Assembly (NCBI GenBank): GCA_947625855.1
Contig: CANQPW010000002.1
Span: forward strand, 3,472 to 67,471
Direction: 5' to 3'
Length of the DNA: 64,000 nucleotides
Origin: an uncultured Clostridia bacterium
Lineage (GTDB): Bacteria; Bacillota; Clostridia; TANB77; CAG-465
The notes under the pieces are model-generated. The model ran no database searches, had not been told where the DNA came from, and was given only the letters and a program-made list of their open reading frames with translations. Below are positions 46,269 to 56,029 of this stretch, one piece after another; within the stretch, counting starts at the first letter, position 1, and the number at the start of each line of letters is the position of its first letter. Both the position numbers and the translations under genes were made by a program.

Positions 46269-47285
46269 TTATCCAAACATTTTTTTCTTTTTTAATCTTA
46301 TATCCTCACCAATAAACTTACATATAGTAAAACTTCCAATAAGCCTTGACATTACTCTTTCATCATATTCTTTATATAACTCTTTTAAAGTCAAATTCGT
46401 AGAAATTATCATCTTTTTATTTTTTAAAAGTCTAGTATTTATAATATTAAACAACTCCGTAAATTTATTATTACTCATAGTTTCTGTTCCCAAATCATCA
46501 ATTATTAAAAGATCAACATTAAATATTTTATCATATTGTTCTTTTTCTACACCTGTTTTATTATATGAGAACTTATATTCAATAACCTTATCCATAAGTA
46601 TAGGTGCTGTTTGATAAACAACTGTTTTTCCAGATTTTATAACTTCACTTGCTATACAATTTGCAAGAAAAGTTTTTCCAAGTCCAGTATTACCAACAAA
46701 TAATAAATTCTTTTGTGTTGCACTATCAATATTTTCTACAAAACTTAATGCAATATTTCTTATATTTTCAATATTTTCCATTGGAGATTTATCTATTCCG
46801 TATTTTTCTTTATTAGCAACTTTAGAATAAAATCCTATATCAAAAGTTTCAAAATTTTCTTCATCTAGTTTATAAATATTAACTTGCTTATATGTTTCAT
46901 TTATCATAGCTTGTGAAAAACAACTACACGTTTTGGTATTACCATTATATGAAACTACTCCTGTATCATTACATTTTTCACATTCAAATTTTGGTTCTAA
47001 ATCTTTTCTTGTTAATCCTATTTTCTTTAACTCATTATCATATTTTTTTTCAAGTTTTTGAAGTTTTAAAGATAAATTGTCTTTTTCAATTTGTTTTGTT
47101 AATTCGTCAGACATTAAAATTGCTTTTGTTGTTCTTATCGCTAGCATATTTATTTCATCTTCTATTTCACTGAGAACAGGATACTTGTTATATAATTCTT
47201 CTTTAAATTTTTTTGATTTATCGATGGCTATCTGCCTTTTTAAGTCATATTCTCTTTTTATATCTCTATATATGCTACCATCCAT
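46269..47285 (-). CDS. DnaI/DnaC-type helicase loader (AAA+)
   Basis: N-terminal Zn module CEKCNDTG...CSC, Walker A LFVGNTGLGKTFLA, Walker B LLIIDDLGTE, ISTN. Confidence 0.85.
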   Translation of the reverse strand: MDGSIYRDIKREYDLKRQIAIDKSKKFKEELYNKYPVLSEIEDEINMLAIRTTKAILMSDELTKQIEKDNLSLKLQKLEKKYDNELKKIGLTRKDLEPKFECEKCNDTGVVSYNGNTKTCSCFSQAMINETYKQVNIYKLDEENFETFDIGFYSKVANKEKYGIDKSPMENIENIRNIALSFVENIDSATQKNLLFVGNTGLGKTFLANCIASEVIKSGKTVVYQTAPILMDKVIEYKFSYNKTGVEKEQYDKIFNVDLLIIDDLGTETMSNNKFTELFNIINTRLLKNKKMIISTNLTLKELYKEYDERVMSRLIGSFTICKFIGEDIRLKKKKMFG

Positions 47286-47302
47286 AGCAATTTCCTCCTA
47301 CT

Positions 47303-48253
47303 TTAAACATTATCATAAAATGATTCTATATCTTCATATTCTCTTTGCTCATAATTTTGATATTTTGGCTTTGGCTTTTTGGTATCTTCTTTTTCTTCTA
47401 CATTTACTTTATCTTCATTATTTATATCATCTAAAGTTTTAATTCCTTTTTTATACCAATTAGAAAGTATCGCATCAACATACTTTAATGAAGGATTAGG
47501 CTTTGCTACTGTTCTTTTTAATGCTTCTTCTATTATATTAAACTCATATTTATACTCTTTAACCCAAGTATCAATATATTGTTCTTCATACTTTGTAAAG
47601 TTTCTATTTAACCTTAATGCTTTTTGAATTTTTTGTTTTATTTTTTGTATATTATCATAATTTTCTAAGAATTCCTCTAATTGCTCAAATGTTTTTACTC
47701 CACCCTTATACCAATTTTCTGCCACAGCATATACATACTTTCTATTTAGGGCTTTTCTTTCCATACAATAGTGAAATAGTGCAATCATAACCTCCTCAGA
47801 AAATGAATAGTTTTTAAATAATGTACCAATATCTGTATACCATCCAAGTGACATAATTCCTTGAAAAAAGCTTTCATTTATTGCAGATGCAGCAGCCATT
47901 CTCTTTCTTTCTAACTCTGATTGTACTCTATTTACTTTTGGCTCCATTTTAGGTATATATGATTTGTTTATTTCTACTTCTTTTAAATCAGTTACAATAA
48001 ATCCTTGTGAGTTTTTAATTAAAAGTTCTTCTGCTTGCAAAACATCTAAACTATTTGAAATTTCTGCTTCTGTAACGCAAAGTTGTTTTGAAAGTGAAGA
48101 CACATCTACTTCTAAATTGTTTTTTAATGCAAATAGAATGTATAAATATAATTTGATATCTAACCCCTGTAAAGAATTCATATAATTAAGTATAAATAGG
48201 TCTGGTATATTAGTATCACTCAATTCCATTTTATTTTTTACTACAAATTTCAT
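47303..48253 (-). CDS. DnaD-domain replication initiation/membrane attachment protein (B. subtilis DnaB/DnaD-like)
   Basis: Two DnaB_2 repeats ending in AENWYKGGVKTFEQLEEF and ILSNWYKKGIKTLDDIN. Confidence 0.8.
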   Translation of the reverse strand: MKFVVKNKMELSDTNIPDLFILNYMNSLQGLDIKLYLYILFALKNNLEVDVSSLSKQLCVTEAEISNSLDVLQAEELLIKNSQGFIVTDLKEVEINKSYIPKMEPKVNRVQSELERKRMAAASAINESFFQGIMSLGWYTDIGTLFKNYSFSEEVMIALFHYCMERKALNRKYVYAVAENWYKGGVKTFEQLEEFLENYDNIQKIKQKIQKALRLNRNFTKYEEQYIDTWVKEYKYEFNIIEEALKRTVAKPNPSLKYVDAILSNWYKKGIKTLDDINNEDKVNVEEKEDTKKPKPKYQNYEQREYEDIESFYDNV

Positions 48254-48313
48254 ATAAATTACCTCACCATATGATACAGAATTATATCATTATTTTCTTT
48301 TTTTTACAATATA

Positions 48314-48652
48314 TCAAATATTATTTTTCTTATACCTATTTTCTCTATTTTTATTGTTTCTTTTAAAAGTAAATATTTTTCTATTTAGAAAAAATTTAAA
48401 AATATAAAAAATAACAGTAATTGCACTTTCTTGATTTATATTTATAACTAAAATACAAATAACTGGAACTGTAAGGAATAAAAAAATATAAATAGATGTT
48501 TCCAAATTAAGATTTAGGAAATCTAATATATTTATTAGAATAAACATATATATTAGAATAAAACAAAGTGACTTATAATCTATAATACCTAACCATTTAC
48601 TATTTCTTTTATACATCGTATACATTATCTTCTCATTTATTTTCTCTCTCAT
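48314..48652 (-). CDS. Small two-TM protein, VirB3/TcpE-like candidate
   Basis: 112 aa, MYKRNSKWLGIIDYKSLCFILIYMFIL..., two TM helices. Overlaps the upstream gene by 4 nt. Confidence 0.35.
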   Translation of the reverse strand: MREKINEKIMYTMYKRNSKWLGIIDYKSLCFILIYMFILINILDFLNLNLETSIYIFLFLTVPVICILVININQESAITVIFYIFKFFLNRKIFTFKRNNKNRENRYKKNNI

Positions 48653-49473
48653 TTTCTTACTCTTTCTGATACTCTTGAAAATATATTATTTATAAAAGAA
48701 TTTAATTTATAAAGTAAATAAAGTGAACCTAAAATAATAACTTTATATATTGATGATTTTGTATCTTTATAAGTGATTGGTATTATAAGAATTAGTTTTA
48801 TAAATATTTGCATAGATAAGTTAATCAAAAGTGTTTTAAACCACATTTTTGAAAATCCACTTGTACTATCACTACAAAGTGCAAGTATTGCAATTGGAGA
48901 AATAAGAATTAAAAGTATTACTGTTACATATCTTATGGATAAAGTTATAAGCATGGATATAGAACCAAATGAAATCATACCTTTTATTAATCCTAAAACA
49001 CTTAAAAAATCACTTTTTTCTATTCCTTTTATATTATATATATTTTCTTTCAATGTAGTAAAATTTAAGTCTTTTTTTACAAATTCTTTGCAAAAAATAT
49101 CTACTCCATAAGATAAACTATTAAAGATTTTTAAAATAATTTCACATATAAAGTGACTATTATTAACAAGAATACCTATTACTATGATTTTAAATATAAA
49201 CTGATATACATTTTCTATATTTTTACCATTATAAATACTTATCATTTGTAATACTATATAATGTAGAACGTAAAATAAAATTAAAGCATTAGCAATCATT
49301 ATTATACCATTTGACTTATTACTTACAAATAATGTTTTTAAGGGTTCATTATTTAATATATCTGGTGTTATATTTATTATTTTATCAAGTATTTCATATA
49401 CTTCTGCTTCTAAAACTTTAAAAATCTTTTCAGATAATAAGTTTAAATTACCAACTATATTACTACTTTCCAT
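48649..49473 (-). CDS. Polytopic membrane protein, VirB6/TrbL-like candidate
   Basis: 274 aa, 5-6 TM helices. Lies between pilin-like and VirB3-like genes with overlapping stop and start codons. Confidence 0.4.
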   Translation of the reverse strand: MESSNIVGNLNLLSEKIFKVLEAEVYEILDKIINITPDILNNEPLKTLFVSNKSNGIIMIANALILFYVLHYIVLQMISIYNGKNIENVYQFIFKIIVIGILVNNSHFICEIILKIFNSLSYGVDIFCKEFVKKDLNFTTLKENIYNIKGIEKSDFLSVLGLIKGMISFGSISMLITLSIRYVTVILLILISPIAILALCSDSTSGFSKMWFKTLLINLSMQIFIKLILIIPITYKDTKSSIYKVIILGSLYLLYKLNSFINNIFSRVSERVRK

Positions 49474-49802
49474 TAACTAAGGACTGTTTCTATAAATTTT
49501 ATTATCAAGTTTAATGACAAAATAATTCCATAACAAACTATAGCATTTACTATCACTCTTTTACCTATACGCATTTTTTCTTCATCACCGAAACTAAATT
49601 TTCTTATCAAAGCTCCGGCAGCAATTGCAACTCCAGCTGCTGGTGTTGCAAGCTTTACTAAATAGCTTTGAATTTCTTTTAATGCAGTATTTAACTTATT
49701 AACAAGTGTTGGATCAGTTTTTGCATAAACATTATTACCAAATACTATTAAAAGAAATATGAGCATTAAACAATTTACAAAAATTATACCTTTCTTATTC
49801 AT
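49473..49802 (-). CDS. VirB2/TrbC-type pilin-like protein
   Basis: Signal peptide (..NVYA/KTD), then two hydrophobic helices separated by RKFSFGDEEKMRIGKR. 109 aa. Confidence 0.45.
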   Translation of the reverse strand: MNKKGIIFVNCLMLIFLLIVFGNNVYAKTDPTLVNKLNTALKEIQSYLVKLATPAAGVAIAAGALIRKFSFGDEEKMRIGKRVIVNAIVCYGIILSLNLIIKFIETVLS

Positions 49803-49806
49803 TGCA

Positions 49807-51639
49807 TCACTCCAATCTCTTTAAATTACACATTTTATATAACTTTACATTTTGACCATCTGATAATAAACATACTGCCTGAAAAGTTTTTAAACCAGTA
49901 GAAAAATAACTTTCATTAAATATATAATCTTCTTTTTCCGAAAAAGAAATTCCTTTTGCAATAGCAGAATTATAATTTTTAAAATAACTTCTAAATATAT
50001 TATATCTTGTCTTTTGTGCATTTTCAGAATAATTTGTAGTTTTATAATCCTTTAATTCCTTACCTATTTGCTTTATTATTTCACTAATTGTGTAGCTATC
50101 ATCATTTCTAAACCAGATTTTATTTACTAAATTTTGAATTATAACGCGAGTAGCGTTTTCATTATTTAATGTATTTAGTAATGATGTATAGCTTTGTATA
50201 CTTACTATACTGATACATTTATATTCTCTTGATAAAGAAAAAAAGTTTGCATCTTCAACATTTACTATTTCTTGATATTCATCACATATGAAAAAAACTC
50301 TCTTTTTTAAATAAATATTTGATAAAATTTGCTTTTGAAAATCTAATTTTAAATACGTTGCTATTGTTTTTAATAACTTCCTATTTTCACCAATGTTTAT
50401 TGATAAAACATAAATATTGTTATAAAAGTCTAATGTATCACTTTTAGTACAAAACTTATCATATAGATTTTTATCAGAAGAAAATATACTTGTTATTCTA
50501 GTAATTTCAGATTTTATAATTCCAATCGTTCTATCATCTAAGTTAAAAAATTCATTTTTAATATTTGAAAAAGCAGAATTAATATTAAATAGCTCATAAT
50601 CATTAAATTTATTATTTAATACCTTTTTCTTTATACTTTCTAATAACTTTAAAAGATAATCCTTATCAGTAACTAACCTATGTATTTCATAAAAACTTAC
50701 TATTTTTCCTTCAGCTCTAATTAAAGTTATAAAATCTCTAATATACTCCTCTACTTTATCTAACCAATATGAGTCAGACATTTTGGTATCTGATAATAGT
50801 GAAAGAACAAGTTTCATTTGATTTGCAATTTCTATACTTGACATATTTGGTTTATCTATTGGATTATATCTAAAATTACTATTTAATGATAATTCAATAA
50901 CATTTAACTTAATTCCTTTTTCTTTTACAATTCTTCTTAAGGATTTTATATAATTTCCTTTAACATCAATTATCAAGCCACAAATATCATATTTCATAAG
51001 TGATAATACAATATTTGATATTGCAGAACTAGTTTTTCCACTTCCTATACTTCCAGTTATCAAAACATTTTGAAAAATCCCGTCATTTTTTATGCAAATA
51101 TCATTATTATTTTCATCTTTTCATATAAATATATCTATATCATTCTTTTGTTTTGGAATTTCTCTTTCTCGTTTTTTATCAATATAATTTGAAACAAATT
51201 TATAAATAAAATTTATTATAAATATAGAGTAAAATATGAAATAAAAAATTTTAAAAGAAACAAAATTTTTATTTAACATTGAAGAAATATCTATATTTTT
51301 AGAAAAAATATTTATATATATGAAATTTGATTTTATAAAATTATAGCTAAAAGCAAATTTTATCATTAAAAAGTTTATATATATTAATAATGTAATATAT
51401 ATTTTTTTTGGTGATATCTTTGAACATATAGAATTTAAAGAATAAAAAAATTTAGAATTATTTTTTGAAACTTTTTTTATGTTATTATCAAGGTTGCAAG
51501 TTATATTTGGCAAATTACTATCTACATACTTATCTAATTTTGCTCCACTTCTATTAAGTATGTATAGCTTATCAACAAGAGAATATAACTTAAAGAAAAT
51601 GAATATAATATAAAGAAAAAATTCTATAATGTAAACCAT
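49807..51639 (-). pseudogene. Second T4CP-like (FtsK/HerA-superfamily) gene split by one in-frame TGA (N-terminal TM part 51121-51639, ATPase part 49807-51120)
   Basis: Both track ORFs are in the same frame. The upstream ORF ends at TGA 51121-51123 and the frame continues as KDENNNDICIKNDGIFQNVLITGSIGSGKTSS (Walker A), IIDVKGNY, and Walker B FFICDEYQ. The ATPase part has only a TTG start and no SD. Confidence 0.6.
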
Positions 51640-51837
51640 ATATCCATCACCGTTGACATTTTAGCACCTTAATTTTACATTTTCAACTATTTTCTATATT
51701 TCTTACAAAAAATAACAAATCTTGTTCTTTTTCGACATTGCAATTATCATTTTCTCATCATATTTCAATAAAATATTTTTGAAATTATCAATTTTTTTAC
51801 TTTAGATAATTTTTTTCAAAAAAATTTCTAAAACCTA

Positions 51838-51866
51838 TTGACAATGTCTGAAAAATATTGTATTAT
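51838..51866 (+). promoter_or_regulatory. Promoter of the tRNA operon
   Basis: TTGACA, 17 nt, TATTAT, about 25 nt before the first tRNA. Confidence 0.6.
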
Positions 51867-51891
51867 ATATGAGCAAGCAACATTAGTTTAT

Positions 51892-51967
51892 GGGCTATTA
51901 GCTCAGTTGGCAGAGCACTTGACTTTTAATCAAGTTGTCCGCAGTTCGAATCTGCGATAGCTCACCA
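51892..51967 (+). tRNA. tRNA-Lys (anticodon UUU), CCA encoded
   Basis: Cloverleaf: acceptor GGGCTAT/ATAGCTC, AGCTCAGTTGG D-loop, anticodon loop CTTTTAA, GTTCGAATC T-loop. Confidence 0.9.
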
Positions 51968-51974
51968 TAAAATA

Positions 51975-52049
51975 GGCCCGTTGGTCAATCGGTTAAGACA
52001 TCGCCCTTTCACGGCGGAGTGAGGAGTTCGACTCTCCTACGGGTCACCA
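51975..52049 (+). tRNA. tRNA-Glu (anticodon UUC), CCA encoded
   Basis: GGCCCGTTGGTCAA...CGCCCTTTCACGGCG...GTTCGACTC...ACGGGTCACCA. Confidence 0.9.
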
Positions 52050-52061
52050 TTAATGTTGTAT

Positions 52062-52137
52062 GCTGGAATAGCTCAGCTGGTAGAGCAACTGTCTTGTAAA
52101 CAGTAGGTCCTCAGTTCGAATCTGAGTTTCAGCTCCA
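52062..52137 (+). tRNA. tRNA-Thr (anticodon UGU), CCA encoded
   Basis: GCTGGAATAGCTCAGCTGGTAGAGCA, anticodon loop CTTGTAA, GTTCGAATC, acceptor TTTCAGC plus TCCA. Confidence 0.9.
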
Positions 52138-52151
52138 ATAAATATATTGAA

Positions 52152-52183
52152 ATCAAGCTTTTTATTAAGCTTGATTTTTTTTT
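52152..52183 (+). terminator. Terminator of the tRNA operon
   Basis: ATCAAGCTT, loop, AAGCTTGAT, then T8. Confidence 0.7.
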
Positions 52184-52198
52184 AAGCATCCTAAGTTA

Positions 52199-52855
52199 TT
52201 AATTTAACTTATTTAAAAATATATTTTTAAATGTATAAAAAAACTTTTCATCTTCAACTTTTTCTGGATGCCACTGAACTCCTATTATGTTATTATATTC
52301 AATAGCCTCAATTATTCCATCTTCACTTACTGCAGATACCAAAAAATTATTTGCAACATCTTTTATTGCTTGATGATGATAAGAATTTACTTGTTTTTTA
52401 TCATCTTTATACACCTCGTATAAAAATGTATCTTTTTTTATTTCAATTTCATGTGTTTTTCCATTTAGAGCATGATTTTTAATATCTTGATACAATGCAC
52501 CACCAAAGTAAACATTAATTGATTGCATTCCTCCACAAATTCCTAAAATTGGTTTTCTTAACTTTGAAAATTTATCAATTAACTTTTTATCTAAATAATA
52601 TTCATCAACATCATACGTTAAATCTTTATTTGGCAACTCGTTATAATATTTTGGATTTATATCATATGATGTACCACCTAAAATTAATCCATCACAAATT
52701 TTACAAACTTTATCTATATTCTTATCTGATATAACAGGAAATAACAATATGTCTAATTTATCAAAGCATTCCTTAAAGTTATCTGTTATATAATATCTTT
52801 TTTGATTAGAACAAAACTCTACCCTTCCGGCTATTGCTAATATCATATCTTTCAC
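52199..52855 (-). CDS. Class I glutamine amidotransferase / peptidase C26 (gamma-glutamyl hydrolase-like)
   Basis: GICGGMQ (nucleophile elbow), HHQAI, GVQWHPE. Confidence 0.8.
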   Translation of the reverse strand: MKDMILAIAGRVEFCSNQKRYYITDNFKECFDKLDILLFPVISDKNIDKVCKICDGLILGGTSYDINPKYYNELPNKDLTYDVDEYYLDKKLIDKFSKLRKPILGICGGMQSINVYFGGALYQDIKNHALNGKTHEIEIKKDTFLYEVYKDDKKQVNSYHHQAIKDVANNFLVSAVSEDGIIEAIEYNNIIGVQWHPEKVEDEKFFYTFKNIFLNKLN

Positions 52856-53112
52856 CTATTATATTATATTTTTCACACGACAAAAAAGAACCACATTTAA
52901 AAATGCAGTTCTAGTTCACTATTTAATATGTTTTTAAAATATGTAAATTACTAATTTTCAATATATAGTAATTTACATTTTCGAAATTTTAATCTAACAA
53001 ATAGTTCTAATTATATTTTTTTATAAAGATTTTAAAGTTATATGACAAATCAAATAAGAATACTAACAATATATGAGTGAATTTTAAAGGGCTTAAACTA
53101 GAAGAATTCCTC

Positions 53113-53877
53113 CTAGCTATTTAATAGTAAATACAAATTAGCTTTTTCCCATTTTTTATTTATATTAACTAAGTTATTTTTTAGATCATATTCAAAAAAA
53201 GGATAAACACTAGTATTATCTATATAATATTTACTATTTTTTAATTTTAAACAAATTATATAAGTCTTTCCTTTTTGTGGAAAAGGTAAATTAGCAACCG
53301 CTTTATTGCTAACTATTCTTATATCAGAATTACTATCAAATTTTTCATTTAACTTAAAATTCTTAACAAAATCAATATCTAACTCTGAAATTTTAGCTAC
53401 ACATTGATTTATATTAAATTCTATTGTATTGTCATTATATGTGCCACTAATTAATCTTTGCACATCTGCTTCTATTTTTGTATTTGGTATATTTTCAACT
53501 ATTTTATTATCTTTTACTTCATTTATTTTTACAATCATTACTAATGGTACTGCGTCAACTTTATCATAATTATCTTTTACATCTAATATAACAGTATTTG
53601 CATAATTTCTTTCTTCTTCAAATATTTTTTCTTCAGTATTTGCCCTCTCTATACTAAGTTTATACATTGAAAATTTAATAGCACCAATTGAAACAATTAA
53701 TAAAAAAGTAAAAGCAGTGACAAGTTTTATATAATTAATTTTCTTTCTATGATTTGCTTTTTTTATTATTTCTTCTACTTCACTACTAGTATATTTTTTT
53801 ATCTCTATCTCCTCCATCTTTCCACTCATTACATCATTAAGCACCTTATTTTTCATTGTTTTCATATCCCCTCTCAA
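53113..53877 (-). CDS. Membrane-anchored protein, probable anti-sigma factor partner
   Basis: Overlaps the ECF sigma gene stop. Short cytoplasmic N-terminus, single TM (LVTAFTFLLIVSIGAI), extracellular domain. The true start is probably one of the internal ATGs (53856-53865). Confidence 0.5.
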   Translation of the reverse strand: MRGDMKTMKNKVLNDVMSGKMEEIEIKKYTSSEVEEIIKKANHRKKINYIKLVTAFTFLLIVSIGAIKFSMYKLSIERANTEEKIFEEERNYANTVILDVKDNYDKVDAVPLVMIVKINEVKDNKIVENIPNTKIEADVQRLISGTYNDNTIEFNINQCVAKISELDIDFVKNFKLNEKFDSNSDIRIVSNKAVANLPFPQKGKTYIICLKLKNSKYYIDNTSVYPFFEYDLKNNLVNINKKWEKANLYLLLNS

Positions 53878-54376
53878 GCTTTATTTTATCTCTTGCTCTC
53901 TTAATTTTACTTCTAATTGTACTTTCATTTATCTTTAAGATTTTGGACATTTCTAGTGTCGTATATTTTTCTAAATAAAACATTGTTAATAACGTTCTTT
54001 CTTCAAGTTCCAATGCTTCAATTAATTTAAAAAAATCTAACTTATCAATTATATCTTCATATTCATTATCAATTATATAATTGTTCTCAATATTAGCTTC
54101 TTCATAAGATATATTTGAATTTTTATTCTTTTTAGCTAATCGATTACAGTTATTAATTAATACTTTTGTAATCCAAAATCTAAAACTTTCTTCATTTTTT
54201 AGTTTTTTAATGTTCAAATATAAAGCTATAAATGTTTCTTGTAAAGCCTCACTTATTATATACTCATCACTTATTCTAGATTTTGCGATTATATACAAAT
54301 GTGGTTTTAATTCATGAACTATCTCTTCAAAAGCTTTATTATCTCCATTTTTTATTTTTCGTACAAGTTCTTCCAT
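53846..54376 (-). CDS. ECF-type sigma-70 family RNA polymerase sigma factor
   Basis: Region 2 (FEEIVHELKPHLYIIAK...SEALQETFIALY) and region 4 HTH (YTTLEMSKILKINESTIRSKIKRARDKI). Confidence 0.85.
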   Translation of the reverse strand: MEELVRKIKNGDNKAFEEIVHELKPHLYIIAKSRISDEYIISEALQETFIALYLNIKKLKNEESFRFWITKVLINNCNRLAKKNKNSNISYEEANIENNYIIDNEYEDIIDKLDFFKLIEALELEERTLLTMFYLEKYTTLEMSKILKINESTIRSKIKRARDKIKLERGYENNEK

Positions 54377-54486
54377 ATCTTATCATCCCCATATAAATCT
54401 TTTTTATTATACCACCATAAAATTTTCTTAACTATATTTTAAAAATATAGTAGATTTACAGGAAAATATATGTTAAACCTCGCTAT

Positions 54487-55221
54487 TTATCTTTTTACAT
54501 TTATTATTTTATTAGAAATATCATTAAGATCTTCAAAACTATTTGTTACATTATTTTTAATTTGCATTGTTGTTGAATCATATTCTCTTAAACCGTATTC
54601 AAATCCTAAAATATTATATTTTTGATAATCTTTACTATATTTTAGAAATACTAAATATTGTTTTTGAGATTCTACTTCTATATCATTCATATAAAAATCT
54701 TTTACAAGTTTTTTTGAAATTTGTTCTGCTGTCATTTGAGATTTTGTAAATAAGTTTTGCTCTAACTTTGTTCTTTCAGCTTCTGTTAATCCTTTTAAGT
54801 ATTCTGAATATTCAATTTTTCCACCTAATCTAACATAATCAATGTTATCATTTACATTAATTGAAACATCAGAATTTTTTGAAATAATATTTTCAATATT
54901 TAATGTTCCAGTTGTATAAACAGGTACATATTTTCCACTAACTGGATTATAATTTAAACCTTTAGATGAGTTTATTTTGGCTATTGCAATTATGTCACTG
55001 TCTTTAACCAAATTTTGTATATTAGAATAGTCAACAATCATATCTGCTTCAGTTGTTTTAGTTAAAATAACATCTTCATCTAATACTTCTATTTCATTAT
55101 CTGCCAAATTATTATTAGAATTATTATCTTTAATAAAATAAACACTTAGCATAACAGAGATTGCTAGTACTAATACCAAACAAAATGATATTACATATTT
55201 TTTTATACAATATTTTTTCAT
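54487..55221 (-). CDS. Secreted/membrane-anchored hypothetical protein
   Basis: N-terminal signal anchor. No recognised domain. Confidence 0.55.
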   Translation of the reverse strand: MKKYCIKKYVISFCLVLVLAISVMLSVYFIKDNNSNNNLADNEIEVLDEDVILTKTTEADMIVDYSNIQNLVKDSDIIAIAKINSSKGLNYNPVSGKYVPVYTTGTLNIENIISKNSDVSINVNDNIDYVRLGGKIEYSEYLKGLTEAERTKLEQNLFTKSQMTAEQISKKLVKDFYMNDIEVESQKQYLVFLKYSKDYQKYNILGFEYGLREYDSTTMQIKNNVTNSFEDLNDISNKIINVKR

Positions 55222-55233
55222 TACCCTTTCCTC

Positions 55234-55815
55234 CTAATTATACAGTGTATTAATAGCATTATGTGATATTTCATCAACTCTATGCATTTTTCTACCACAA
55301 CTAAATTGACACATTATACTATTAATATTTTTGTTTTGATGCTCTAAGCCAAAAGCATGTCCTAACTCATGTGCAATTGTTCCTTGTTGTACTTCCTCTC
55401 TTAAAGTATTTATTACTTTAACATTTATCTCTATCTTAGCAAAGAACCAATCTGATTCACTTGCAGATACTCTACCTTCATTTATATCATAAAAGCTAGT
55501 TTTAGCTATTGTTGTAGCTTCTAATTCATCACCAAATCTTGCATAAAAGTCTACATCTGTCGCATAATTTGATGCTACTGGGCTCATATAAATTGGATTC
55601 CATCCATATCCTGTATCTACCCAATTATCCACTGCATTATTAATCAAATAAGTATAACCTTCTGCTGAAGAATCAACATAATAATACATATTACTTACTC
55701 CTCTTTGTAATTTGCAACCAATAAAAAGAGGTTCATCAGCAAATACATTTTGATTTAAACCTAATGTTAAACTGATTACTAGTATTAATGCAAAAATTTT
55801 CTTTTTTATATTCAT
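55234..55815 (-). CDS. Secreted zinc metalloprotease (matrixin/M10-like HExxHxxGxxH)
   Basis: Signal peptide. AHELGHAFGLEH with a downstream Met-turn candidate (SIMCQ). Confidence 0.7.
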   Translation of the reverse strand: MNIKKKIFALILVISLTLGLNQNVFADEPLFIGCKLQRGVSNMYYYVDSSAEGYTYLINNAVDNWVDTGYGWNPIYMSPVASNYATDVDFYARFGDELEATTIAKTSFYDINEGRVSASESDWFFAKIEINVKVINTLREEVQQGTIAHELGHAFGLEHQNKNINSIMCQFSCGRKMHRVDEISHNAINTLYN

Positions 55816-56029
55816 TACTAATTCCTCCAAACATAATACAAATTAAATACAGCATTTAACTATATAAATGCCTCCTTTCAGAAGTTAAAATACCGTATAA
55901 TTATAAAGAGTAAAAACAATATATTTTTTGTTGCGAGCCTGTAAAAAATTTCCAAAATATTTTTATTAAAAATAGTGGATATTGACTTATTATTCAACAA
56001 AATATATAATGAAACTAGGAGGTTATAAT

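Noticed and set aside
46261-46614. 117-aa plus-strand ORF
   Set aside because: It is an antisense shadow of the DnaI-like gene.
51121-51123. Possibility that TGA is a sense codon (code 4 or 25) in this very AT-rich organism
   Set aside because: TGA closes other well-defined genes at their expected ends (ksgA at 60726, the T4CP-like ATPase at 49807, the 112-aa gene at 48314). Long conserved ORFs such as the 1894-aa protein, gyrA and dnaX need no TGA read-through.
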